NCBI GenBank assembly: GCA_044892505.1
Contig: CM097884.1
Coordinates: 98,766,001-98,830,000, forward strand
Source of the DNA: Schmidtea nova
Taxonomy: Eukaryota
Direction of reading: 5' to 3'
DNA: 64,000 nt
The position numbers and the translations under genes were made by a program. Below are positions 37,831 to 49,711 of the stretch, piece after piece; positions within the stretch are counted from its first letter, which is position 1, and each line of letters starts with the position of its first letter. Below the pieces are notes generated by a model. It did no database searches and had not been told where the DNA came from. It was given only the letters and a program-made list of their open reading frames with translations.

Positions 37831-37843
37831 GTTGCTTAGCAAC
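37831..37843. promoter_or_regulatory. RFX X-box-like palindrome GTTGCTTAGCAAC
   Basis: Palindromic half-sites GTTGC/GCAAC; a second near-match GTAACCTAGGCAAT at 37712-37725; both lie upstream of the PP2D1-like ATG. Confidence 0.45.
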
Positions 37844-37869
37844 GTTAATGCTGTAACAAATGAACGGAC

Positions 37870-39230
37870 ATTCTTAAAAAGTAAGCACTGTTTCCAGGAC
37901 CATAATTAAAAGTGGAGGAAAGATTGATTATTCAATGGTAAAATAAGTCCCTTTGGAATCAATCCATCCAAGAAAATGAATCCGACTATTAAAAACTCAA
38001 CCTCAAGCCAGCTCTTCTCAATCGAAACGCAAACAAACGCATAAAATTGTCTCAGAATTTTTGGATTCTTAAACTGTTGCTTCTTCACCCGAGTTGCCAA
38101 CCTCTTCTTCCACGTCATCTTCTCCTGAATGCAAAACGAAATACCAAAGAGCAAGCACTACAACAGCGGGTTTACTAGTACAGAAAAAAAACATTTCTAC
38201 ACATAAAACACATGACGTTCTTGCAACCATTGCTGAACGGGGTCATAATGTGCCGTTTCTAGGTCAAGCGGGTATCTGAAAACGAGTAATCTCTGAAGGA
38301 CAGAAAATGAAAACCAAAATTGTTCAAAATCTTCACAGCAAAGATCCCTATTGTCTCCAGTTTGATGGTAAGAAACTGCCAGGGTAGAGTATCAAGTAGT
38401 TCTGCTGAAAAATATGACAACCGAAATCTAACTCGTTATTCTTAAATGTGCGAGTGATTCTGCCGCGGCTATTCACAAGGAACTTTATCAGCTAATTGAT
38501 GAATACGATGCTTGGAAAAACATTTGCATGATAATCTGGGACACGACCGCAGTAAATACTGGTCGTTTGTCCGGGATAGTAAAGCTCATACAGGATAATG
38601 TCTTGAGCAAGGGCTTTCAGAAGCCACAATATATAGGCTGTCAGCACCATGTACTCGACCTCTTTCTGAAGCATGTCATGAAATTTCTTATTCAAGAGCC
38701 AACGAACAGACCAGGACTCAACTATTCCTTCATTGATAAATTAAAAGAAAACTGTGTCTCTCTTCAGGCTGATTACCGTCTCGTTGTGACAGATGATGTT
38801 AACAAATTTGAGAACCCTGGATGGCGAGATGATTTCAAATTTATATATGAACTATGTCAGGTATATGGTCATTACAAAACAACTTCACATTGGTCTCGAA
38901 ACTACCAAATTTACACCAGGCAAGATGGAACTCACGTGAGATATATGCTGTTATAGAATTAACGAGTAACGTTAGAGTAACGCAGAATCCTCGCTCCAGC
39001 ATGCAACTTAATTTGCTACGAATGGGCAAATGCTTGTTTCCATTCGCAATACTGCAACGAAGGTCCTTCAATGAACATTTTGCCTCACTCAACACTATAA
39101 TATGCAAGAAGGCAATTAAGTGTTTAAAGACACATTGGTTAGTCGAGGAGTCATTATTTGACATTCCCAGATCTAACCAAATTACTTAACTTGCTGTAAA
39201 TCTAATGGTGGAACTTCATGCGAAATAGAT
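37870..39230 (+). mobile_element. hAT-superfamily (hATm-like) transposase pseudogene
   Basis: LQFDGK, WDTTAVNTG, YIGCQHHVLDL (CxxH), HQARWNSREIY; stops and frameshifts; TIRs not located. Confidence 0.7.
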
Positions 39231-41589
39231 AAAAAATTGAATTTTTGAAACTGAAGTTCATAGGAAAAAAATATTTTTTAAACATTTCTTATACATTTTG
39301 TACAGATTACTAACTGTTCCGTATCTTATTTCTTAATAAAAGTTGCTTAGTTATTACTATTACTCTTCTGAATAAATCTAAATACACATGTCCTTTTTTA
39401 GAAAAAAAAATATTTTTTCACTTTCTTCTCCCGAAGGGGGGGGGGGGGCTTTTTAAAAAAAATCAAAAATGCAATTTTTATTCTTAAATTACACATAGAC
39501 TTTCCTCGATTGCAAGTCGTTTCATAAAGTTTTTCTGTGTGTGTTTACCTCAATTTTTGCGGTTTAAGTAAATTAACTGATGTGATTGTTATTAATGTTT
39601 ATTTTTTCTTTTGATTTGAGTACTATACTCGTTTAATTATTCAAATGTCATGCCACATACTTTGTAGAAGACTGATCGCCTTTTCTGTACTCGAATATTA
39701 GAGCCTTTTCAATTGATTATTAAGGACTTTGTTCTCAGTCATACTGTTGTTTATAAATATGAAAATATTTATAAAATATTCTTAGAAAAATATTTTTTTT
39801 ATAAAAAAGAGAATTTTAATTTTTTTAAGATTAATTTATTTAAATTTAAAAAAATTTGATCGTTTTAAATTTTTTGGATATTTTATAAAATTAATAATAT
39901 ACATTTTATTTAAAAATTATTAAGTTCTAAATTATTAAAAATTAAATTAAGTTCTCGAAATATATTGTGCAGAATATATATTNNNNNNNNNNNNNNNNNN
40001 NNNNNNNNNNNNNNNNNNNNNNNNNNNNNNNNNNNNNNNNNNNNNNNNNNNNNNNNNNNNNNNNNNNNNNNNNNNNNNNNNNNNNNNNNNNNNNNNNNNN
40101 NNNNNNNNNNNNNNNNNNNNNNNNNNNNNNNNNNNNNNNNNNNNNNNNNNNNNNNNNNNNNNNNNNNNNNNNNNNNNNNNNNNNNGTAAAATTACAGGAT
40201 ATATATTTTTTTGGGTAATAAATTGTAGAAACTTGATCAGATTAATTTGTAAGATGATTTATTTGATCTTAGTATTTCATCCATGCCTCAAGGCATATAG
40301 GAATAAATAAATCACAGAGAATTACGGCAAAATACAAAGAAATTAAATCTAAAAATTTCAAGTATTCACAAATAATTCTAGTGATACAATATTGTTGAAG
40401 TTATAAAACAATTTTAACCATCTAATTATAAATATATTATTTTATATGAATGCAATATTTTCTTTAATTCTATAAAAGGTTCTGAAAAGATTCAATATGC
40501 TTACGATCTAAAAACTATTTATTATATTCGTGTAATTTATGCTTTCGGAAGGTATTAATTTTCGGTCGACATACTTTTTTAATAACTTTTTTGTTCAAGA
40601 GTTAGCGCTTTTACAGCATTTCTTTTTATTGGGTTCAAAAATTTTTTTTTTGGAATAAATTTCAGAGATAATTCTGTGGTCCTCTTCCATCGAAACCATT
40701 TCTCAATTTATAAATTACCCAATTTATTCCATTGTTAAAAGGAATTAGAAATTACCTATTTATTCTTCCAGATATATTTTAGCATAATATTATATTATCT
40801 ATTTTAGGGTAATTTTTCTAAACTTATATATTTCGTAACTTCTTTTACGAAGTTGAAACAAAATCTTATAAAGCTTACAGATCATCAATGTCAACAATCT
40901 TTATTATTCTTATATTAATAAATAATGTGCACACTTGAAATACACTTGAAAAAGCACTGCCGAAAATTCGTGTACCTTCATAAAAATATTGATATGCATT
41001 TATAAGTAAAATAATAGAATAATATACAATTTTAAGTCAATTTGCACCAAATTTGTCAGTATTGTGTATGCTTTCAAATGATGTAGAAGGGGGTTCTTTA
41101 AAAGCCGTTGAAAAATAATGATTTCGATTTCCAAATATGTAACAAATAAGAGAGATAAATATTTAAAAATATATTTAAGCACATATTTTAGTTAGTTGAA
41201 CAGAATTGCATTTTTTGAGGCTGTAATAATAGGATAAGTCCAAATATATTTCAGAGCCTAACATTCTCTCAAATAATATTTTTGATACTTTCTCATACCA
41301 ATACCGCGCTTAAAGTTTCAAATAATTGTAAATTTCAAATATTTATATTGTTGGATTATTATTTAAGAACCCGGCCAATGTCTGATTCCACGTGTTTATT
41401 TTTTAAAAATTAATCAACGAAACCCAGCACAGAACAATTTGTTTACTTCTTAAAACATAAGTCACAATATTACAACTTTTACACTCTTCGTCGTAAAATA
41501 ATTTTACTTTAAGTTTGCATTGTTTTTCTGTTGTCGTCCTGATTAGGAGATAGTTAGCGATCTAGCAAAAGCCATTTATCCCTAAACTG

Positions 41590-41800
41590 TATATATTACG
41601 TAAGAACTATACAGTTTGTCACCCTCATAAAGTGGCGTAATTGTTACGTAATAATGACATAGCACTTCATATCCTACATATCAATGACGTAACAGTTACG
41701 TTATACTTTGAACCTTATAAAATTCTTTATTTATTACGTAATTCTTATATAAAACTTAAAAAATTAAAAAATAGTAATTCCTTTACGTAACTGACGATGT
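41590..41800. promoter_or_regulatory. Cluster of TTACGTAA/TGACGTAA bZIP-like sites (mirror at about 53120-53330)
   Basis: Perfect TTACGTAA at 41596, 41644, 41734 and 41783; TGACGTAA at 41685. Confidence 0.5.
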
Positions 41801-42186
41801 AATACTGAATTTTATTAATTTTTATTTATTATTTCTTAAATTTTACAAAAATTTAAATTAATTAACCTTTTCAACATTTTTTCCCAAATTTCCAAAAATG
41901 CACAGAACCAAATAATTTTTATACCAATCTACTGAGAATTAAATGGTGAACAAAAAAGGGTCAAAAATGCAAAATTGAACTCATCCGATCAAATTTACAC
42001 GTAAAAAGGGTCGATTCGGGGAAATTCCAAAAATCAAAAATGCTCAGATTTCAATAATATTTATATCAATCTACTAAGAGTTAAATGCGAACAAAAATGA
42101 AAACATTAAAAATTAGTCTCCTCCGATAAATTTATACGAAAAAAACTTATTTGGGTAAAAATGCTCATAATTTAATAATTTTTAAA

Positions 42187-42611
42187 TCAAGTCAAGGCAA
42201 TTTTCGAATATTTATTAGTAAAGATTTGATGATTCTTATTAACTATTCCTGACGGATCAACAGAAACTATTGAATTATTATTATAACAATCCAGATGCGA
42301 CTAATGATTCAATTTAGTATCCTTCAATGTTATACCATTAGCTTTAAGACACTCTTCATCACCTAAAAGACTGTAACACTTAGGCCTAAGAAACACCCAC
42401 TCGTCATACTTGAATCCTTTATTCTCGTCTTTAATTTACCAATGACGGAATCTAGGTTTTTTGAGTACAAGGTATGATTTGGGTCATAATTCGAAGCATC
42501 CAATAACATATCCCTAAATATAGCAGACAAACGAATATCCAGCTTACAATTCATAACTTCCAAGAAGAAAGAATCTGTATTACCAGAGACTATAACAATC
42601 TCACAGTTGAA
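42187..42611 (-). pseudogene. Polinton pPolB C-terminal fragment (left arm)
   Basis: Mirror of 52308-52732. Confidence 0.85.
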
Positions 42612-42687
42612 TTAATGTCATATAAAAACACACAATTTTAAAAAATAAATCTTTATTTAAATAAATCTTCGGCAATTAATTTGTATT

Positions 42688-43060
42688 CTAAAGATCATCG
42701 TAGTATGCCTTTTGCATTTCAGCAACCAAAATATGCACAGATTGTTGTCTTTTAAAATCGTGGCAACAGGCACATCCATTGGTGTATGAAACACGCATTG
42801 ATTCTTACAAACAACGCAATTTTCTACACACTTGACTCTAGCCCCAAACCATATCATAGTGCATTTCGAGCAACTCCTCGATATTGATCCCAGTGTAATG
42901 GTATATTTTATGTACTAACAACTCAGGGGCACAATAATCGAGGTTATATTTAATCTTTGGGTATAGATCTTGGATCTTCTTGAGAAGTACTTCGAGCAAA
43001 TAAAATAAAAAAATAAATTAATATAAAAATTAAAATAAAAATACTCTTACTTTTCGACAT
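42688..43060 (-). pseudogene. CxxCH-motif gene, spliced, with stops (left arm)
   Basis: Mirror of 51859-52231. Confidence 0.6.
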
Positions 43061-43110
43061 TTTCAAATTTTCACAATCAATGAATAACAATTAATACAAA
43101 CAAAATTTAT

Positions 43111-43545
43111 TTAATAAATTAATGTATTTATTTCATTAATTATATTTTCAACATAATTTTTAAAATCAAAAGCTTTTATTCCAAGCATAACAACTTTTCC
43201 GCTGCTAAAAACATTGACACATACTAGATCAAATTTCTGTAGGCGTAATGCAGGGAATATTTCTGGTTCGAACCAACAATGAAATTTCTTTTGTAATTCG
43301 TATAAATTAATAAATTTACCGACATCGACCGTCACGGTAATTGATTGAATCTCTAACTTTTTAATCTTGAATTTCAAATCCTCCAGCTCTAACGGTTGTT
43401 TGCATCCCATTACCCGACACTTGCCAGAATTGAAGAAGATGATGGGGTTCTTGCCGCTTCTGTCAACAACTTGTTTCGGTTTGCCACTCGAGAGTATCAT
43501 ACCGGGAACTAAACATTTACCTTTATAATTGATGTAGCTCAACAT
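43111..43545 (-). CDS. TATA-binding-protein-like protein, 144 aa (left arm)
   Basis: Both TBP repeats are recognisable: IIFFNSGKCRVMGCK, IQSITVTVDVG..INL, FEPEIFPAL, VFSSGKVVMLGIK; open frame. Confidence 0.85.
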   Translation of the reverse strand: MLSYINYKGKCLVPGMILSSGKPKQVVDRSGKNPIIFFNSGKCRVMGCKQPLELEDLKFKIKKLEIQSITVTVDVGKFINLYELQKKFHCWFEPEIFPALRLQKFDLVCVNVFSSGKVVMLGIKAFDFKNYVENIINEINTLIY

Positions 43546-43599
43546 TTTTCATTAGTTAAACAAATATAAACAATATTAATATTAATTAATTAATTAAAA

Positions 43600-44185
43600 A
43601 TGGAAATAAAAAATGATGCCGTATATCAAATAGTAGGACCCAGTGGGAGTGGGAAAACCTTGTTTGTATGTAGATTTCTACAATAAAAAATGTTTAAATC
43701 GAAATTCAATAAAATATATTCGCATCCGGGAGCTGATGAGGAACATGGATTGACTCAAGATCAGTTTTGTAAATTTAAAATGACTATTATAAAAGGTTTT
43801 AACAAAAATTGGTCATCAAGATTACAACAAGCTGATATTATAATTAGATGATTTGTATCAGGAAGTCAATAAAGAAAATTATTTCAACAATTTATTTACA
43901 AAACTTATTAGACACTTGGGTGTTACAGTTATTTTCATTACTCAAAATTTATTCCATCAAGGTGGTATTCATAGAACCCAGAATTTAAATGTACAGAATT
44001 TGGTTATATTCAAAAACCCACGAGATGCAACAATTATTGATTTTCTTGCAAGACAAGCTTACCCTAATGATAGAACATCTTTACTTGATTAATTTCAAGA
44101 TGCAATTAAAATTCCACATGGATATCTGTTTTTCGACTTTACACAACAATGTCCTGATGATTTACGTATAAGAACTAATCTTTGA
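43600..44185 (+). pseudogene. Polinton A32/FtsK-like packaging ATPase (left arm)
   Basis: Walker A GPSGSGKT, Walker B II(D)DL, FITQN, FKNPRD..LARQ, PHGYLFFD..LRIRT; stops and one frameshift. Confidence 0.92.
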
Positions 44186-44486
44186 ATTATTTATTTAATA
44201 TTTGATAAAATTTAATTTTAAATTAAATTCATATATTTTTGAAATATTTGTTATTTATTCCAATATGTGTATGTCTGATATGGCTTCATTTTATGCGTGA
44301 AAATTATTTAAATAATCAAAAATCTTTATTTTTGTCTCTATCTCTGTAACTTTAACGATATTTTATTGGGGATCTATCATTTTTTTTGAATTATTCTGTG
44401 TATTTTGATATAAAATTTCTCTCAATCATGCTTTTTCGTATTTGAAATATGACTAATGATTATCCTCTTTCAATAATTACCCACTT

Positions 44487-44523
<37 letters not shown>

Positions 44524-44548
44524 TGGATTCCCCCAAGTAAGGGATAGT

Positions 44549-44790
44549 GAGCGCACGTCACCACTTTTTTCACAGCAACGGTTGCTAACGTAAATACACA
44601 CATTAAGGTGAATTCACTGCGTAAACTGTTGCTAAGGTAGTACACACACATCAATATAGTCCCAGTGAAATATGTTGCTAGGATATACACACACATCAAT
44701 ATATAGTCAAATTGAAATATGTTGCTAGGGTATACGCACACATCAACATATAGTCCTAGTGAAATATGTTGCTAGGGTAAACAAACATCA
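44549..44790. repeat. Array of 4-5 units of 44-47 bp (GTTGCTA..ACACACATCA)
   Basis: Also at 49340-49577 (same strand) and about 50085-50330 (inverted). Confidence 0.9.
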
Positions 44791-44799
44791 ATACACAAT

Positions 44800-45019
44800 C
44801 CCCGAGGAACCTAAACTTTTACTAAATGAGAATTTGAGATTAGATATAAAGTTCGCTAAAGCTATTATTGATTTAAATCAAAGTCAAATACCTCTAAATG
44901 AAAATTTGAGATTGAATATAAAGTTTGCTAAAGCTATTGAAGAACCAGTACATGTAATAATATATGGAATATTTGAAAATGAAATTCAAATTACTGCTAA
45001 TCGAACAGTTTTGGTATAA
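44800..45019 (+). pseudogene. Polinton major capsid protein C-terminal fragment (left arm)
   Basis: NLRLNIKFAKAIEEPVHVIIYGIFENEIQITANRTVLV matches the Polinton MCP C-terminus. Confidence 0.8.
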
Positions 45020-45074
45020 TCTTTGTTCAAAGAACAAACAGTATAAATAAAATAGGAAAATTCAGCAAATTGTC

Positions 45075-45428
45075 ATGGATTAAGTCTTTTAATTATCTAG
45101 TTCTATTTAATTAAATTTAATTAGAAAACAGTTGTTAGGAAATCAATTTATTGAAGTCTACCCACTAGTTAAAATCCCTAATTTAGATGTAAATTAAGCC
45201 ATAGTTGTCAATATTCAATCATCTACTCTAAACGGGGAACATTGGATTACTGTTTACGTGACACCATGCAAGGTATATGCATTTGATTTATTACTTAATA
45301 AACTTCAAACGTTGGGCAAACCAATAGTATATAATAGAATTCGTTATCAGCATCCATTAATAATTACTTGTAATCAAACCTGCCTTGCATGGCTTATCTA
45401 TCTAAAAAGTATAAACTGTGTAGTTTAA
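45075..45428 (+). pseudogene. Polinton adenain-like cysteine protease
   Basis: FIEVYP..KIP, AIVVN, GEHWITVYV, FD, YNRIRYQ, TCNQTCLAWL; in-frame stops near the 5' end. Confidence 0.85.
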
Positions 45429-46196
45429 TAAATGTTATTAGAAAAATGAATTGTTATTTTATTGATATTTATGGTTTTAATGATAATTGCAAATGGATAA
45501 TTATAAAATAATTCTGTATTATGAATGTTAATAGTATTTTTCTACCAAAATATTGGATATACTGTATAATAACGTTCCTTTTTGAGCTGGAATTGGCGAA
45601 TAATTTTAAGGAAATAGAAGATTATCCTGACAATATTTGATGTCCATATCGAGATCATACAAACTGTGCTTATAAAGGATGCTTGGTGGGGGTTTTAGTT
45701 TATTTGAAAAAATAAATAATTACTTTGCAATCTAAATGCATGACCTCTGCGGTCATCGTGCATGATTATTTATGTGTGTGAGAGACTGATTATTAATATT
45801 GACGTAATATGTGTGTATGACAATACATATAGCATGTGTGTATAAATTGTTAATACATGTTATATGTGTGCGAGCGACTCTTTTCTTCCCATAAACGAAT
45901 TTCATTAACTGAATAAATATTATGCAATAGACGATAAATAAAGTAATATTTTCATTATTTTAATCACTTTTTACATAACCCAAAATTTTTATATCGAATA
46001 TAATTAATCAACAAAATGTACAACAATATGATAAACATTATAAATACTAATGTCACGAGTGGAAATAGTAAGAACTTTTTATTTTATTGTTTAATGTTAA
46101 TTGCATTTCAAAAATGTCAATAATCATTACTTCCCATCTCTGATAATATATAAATATAAATATTGTCTCAAAAATAAAATATAGAAAAAATAAACT

Positions 46197-47489
46197 TTAT
46201 TCAATAAAATTGTGACAAATTAAGAAAGAAGTCAATTGTTCAATGAGAATTTGAATAACTTTGACTTGTTCATTCGGTTCAATCATCAAGCAAAGGGTTT
46301 TCATGTCGTTCAAGGTTTTTGAAAAGTCATCATTAAATCTTTTTTGGACAGTTTTGTAAGATTCACAAGAAAATAATGACTTACACAAGTATGTCAGTTT
46401 AACTTGTACTTTCACCATTCTTGAAACGATATAATTTAACTTATTTTTTGACGATAAAACATCAAAGATTACAGTTCCTATCCGTAACTCGTAATCAGCA
46501 TCATCATCCAATTCTATAATTATCATCTTCCGCTCTACGTCCGTCAGTTGAAATGATGTCAATTGTTTAAACAAATTCGGAAACGTTTTTAATAAATCTT
46601 CAAGCTGAAAAATAATAATATTCAATTTATCTTTAACAATATAATTGTCAGAATCTTCTTCCTTGTTTTCAGACGTACTAGAGATCTTTGAAACGTAGAA
46701 ATCTTTTGATTCAGTTAGTAAACGGGGGAAGAATCCAGGATATGTTTTAGATAAGTAAATATTAATAAAATCAAGAAATTCGTTCACTATTATTGCAAGC
46801 AATTTAACAGTGCTGTCATATCGCTGGCTGAATTTCTCCAATAATCTTGAGAGCCTTTGAAAAATAAAAATAAATTCTTCTTCATTCATGATTTTCTTTC
46901 GATAAGAATTACAAACTTCTTCCACAATTTCGAAAATTTCATATTTTTTCTTGTAGAAATGTTTTAATTTTTGATCTAGTTTCTGGATTTCATACGCTAA
47001 CACCCGATGAGTCTGGCTATTTATTGTCCCATCCATATTGATAATGTCGGAAATATTGCTGATCGTTCCAATTAAATGATGATGTTGACATGACACGTAA
47101 GCTTTCAATGTGCGCATTTCTAAGATCTTTTGAAAAATCTTTGTTACGATATACGTTAGTTCTACTTTTGTTATATTTTCATTCACAGAAAGGAAACCTA
47201 GATTGAAAATATTGTCAAAGTTGACTTTTAAATCAATCAAAATAGAATTAATCATGTTAATTAATTCATTTAATTTAATATAGAAGGATACATTTGTATA
47301 AAATTCATTTGTTTCATGAATAGTTTTAAGCGATGTAATTTCTTCTTTGTCCAATGGACATGTTGAACTCTCACGTAGCAAAGTGTACAAACAATTCTGA
47401 CAAAAAGAATGTTTACAAGAATCAAATTGTATATTGCATTCAGTGCTCATTGTGGAATAGCATATCAAACATACTTGATAAACGTTCAT
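46197..47489 (-). CDS. RING-HC (C3HC3D) E3-ligase-like protein with a long helical C-terminus, 430 aa
   Basis: CLIC..CKHSFCQNC..CPLD; intronless and stop-free; convergent with the protease, and the same layout recurs at 56678-58246. Confidence 0.85.
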   Translation of the reverse strand: MNVYQVCLICYSTMSTECNIQFDSCKHSFCQNCLYTLLRESSTCPLDKEEITSLKTIHETNEFYTNVSFYIKLNELINMINSILIDLKVNFDNIFNLGFLSVNENITKVELTYIVTKIFQKILEMRTLKAYVSCQHHHLIGTISNISDIINMDGTINSQTHRVLAYEIQKLDQKLKHFYKKKYEIFEIVEEVCNSYRKKIMNEEEFIFIFQRLSRLLEKFSQRYDSTVKLLAIIVNEFLDFINIYLSKTYPGFFPRLLTESKDFYVSKISSTSENKEEDSDNYIVKDKLNIIIFQLEDLLKTFPNLFKQLTSFQLTDVERKMIIIELDDDADYELRIGTVIFDVLSSKNKLNYIVSRMVKVQVKLTYLCKSLFSCESYKTVQKRFNDDFSKTLNDMKTLCLMIEPNEQVKVIQILIEQLTSFLICHNFIE

Positions 47490-48309
47490 ATCTATATCTA
47501 TATTTCAAATATTATATTATTTAAACAATTTATTTTTCAATTAAACAATTAATTAATATTTTTTACTCTTGAAAATTTTATTTGAAAATTTTAATAAAAT
47601 AAAAAATCTTTTTAATTTTAAAATCGAATTTTATTTTATTTATTTTAAAATCATTTAAATTTAAATTAATTTAAATATTGTATCAAGAAATTATTTTAAA
47701 AATTAAAAATTCATATTTATTTATTTTTAAAAGTTTTAATAATTCCTAATAATTTAATATTTAAACTTTTTTAAACTTTAATATACGTTAAAATTTGATT
47801 TGAAAATATTAATAAAATAATATATTTTCGGATTGAATTTAACATATAATTTTAATAAAATCATTTAGAATAAAAATTTTAAAAGTTAATTAAATAGATT
47901 TAATAATAATTAAGTAAATTTATTGAATTTTAAATAAAAATTATGCAATTATTAAAATTAATTATGTAATAAATATATTTCTTTATTATGAAGTAATTTT
48001 ATAATTTAATGATTATTTTTTCTTTATTATTCCATAATCTATGATAAGCACATAATTTCTTTGAATTTTTACTAATAATCTATAAAATATTAATTATAAC
48101 TTAATCAATTAATTTACTGTATTTTATAATATTTTAATTATTTTAAATAGTTTTACATTATTTAAACTTTATATTTTTGATTATTATTAATTATTTAAAC
48201 TATTCTAATTTTAAATATAGTATTGCTTTATGATATTATATTATTTTTTTAATATTTAAATTAATTAATTATATAAATTAGTCTAGTAGAAGTAAAATTA
48301 TTTTTTAAC

Positions 48310-48360
<51 letters not shown>

Positions 48361-48449
48361 TATATATATTGTTGTTAACATTTGTTAATGTTTGAAAAAA
48401 ACTGTTATTTATCATGTTATTTTATGTTCAAGAGAAGAATATTTGAAGG

Positions 48450-49335
48450 GCCCGAGAGAGTCTCCGATTTAAGTTGGGACACTCGGGGTACTTGCTGTGT
48501 ATTAGTGTGAGTGCGTAATAACAATAAAATAACAGAACTAACTATGCTATTACAAAAGTTTTATTTTTTTTAAATTATTCGAATCCAAACCAAAAAACCA
48601 CGAAAAGTTTACTTTGTAATATAGGTGGTAATGTTTATCAATTCGGAAGAGACTTCTTTTCTTTTAGAAAAATAGCGTTAGTAAAATTTCTTTTAGCAAT
48701 ATAGGGGTAAATTGCAAATTGCAAAAATGGAAAGTCGAAATTGTAGACTGCAAATTGCGAAATTGGGGATTAGAAATTGGAAATTGTAAATTGCAAGATT
48801 GAGGGTTGGAAATTATAAACTGCAAATTGCTAAATTAAGAATTGGAAGTTGGGAATTGAAAATTAGAAATAGGAAATTGGAGATCGGAAATTTGAAATCT
48901 TAAATCTTCTTTAATTTCTTCACCAAATATTTGCTATAAATCAACTGTTTTGAATAATAATTATTATGACGTTTCCAACTTCTTACAAAAGCAATATTGT
49001 CTAAAATAATGTTTTGGTATCGATGGAGCTGAGCCCTGTTGTCGTAATTCGGTTGATTTTATTATTATTTTTATTATTATTATTGCTAAATAAGGATACG
49101 GTTTTCATTCAATTAAAATAGCATTTGATTGACAACGTTTGCTAAAATTTCTTAAAACTTATTGATTTTCTTAATTTGTCAATTTGGCTTACTATAGCAT
49201 TTGCTATAGTAAGCCAAATTCGAATTTCAAAATTGAAAATTTTAAAATTAATTTTAACATTAAACGAAAATAATAATTAAAAATAAAAATACCAATGAAA
49301 TTGCCCTTATTATACAGGGATGGGGGAGTAGGGCA
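48450..49335 (+). repeat. Dispersed element family X with a perfect 40-nt palindrome
   Basis: Terminal motif shared with 1461-1500; AAATTGC micro-repeats at 48700-48900; palindrome at 49181-49220 (19-bp stem). Confidence 0.55.
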
Positions 49336-49581
49336 TAGTAAGCGCACGTCACCACTTTTTTTCACGGTTGCTAACGTAAATACACACATTAAGGTGAATT
49401 CCCTGCGTAAACTGTTGCTAAGGTTAGTACACACACATCAATATTGTCCCAGTGAAATATGTTGCTAGGATATACACACACATCAATATATAGTCAAATT
49501 GAAATATGTTGCTAGGGTATACGCACACATCAACATATAGTCCAAGTGAAATATGTTGCTAGGGTAAACACACATCACTAT

Positions 49582-49711
49582 TATTACAAAGTAAACTTTT
49601 CGTGGTTTTTTGGTTTGGATTCGAATAATTTAAAAAAAATAAAACTTTTGTAATAGCATAGTTAGTTCTGTTATTTTATTGTTATTACGCACTCACACTA
49701 ATACACAGCAA
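49582..49711. repeat. Perfect 130-bp inverted copy of 48492-48621
   Basis: Base-by-base reverse complement. Confidence 0.95.

Larger units (their letters stand above)
40186..45152. repeat. Left arm of a ~5-kb inverted repeat
   Basis: Reverse complement of 49725-54736, with only scattered substitutions, small indels and a different (TA)n length. Confidence 0.97.

Noticed and set aside
43111-43545. Host TBP, TRF2 or TBPL gene
   Set aside because: Intronless, truncated, highly divergent and always embedded among Polinton genes, so no host symbol was given.
44549-44790. CRISPR-like look of the 44-47-bp array
   Set aside because: The spacers are as repetitive as the repeats, there are no cas genes and the context is eukaryotic.
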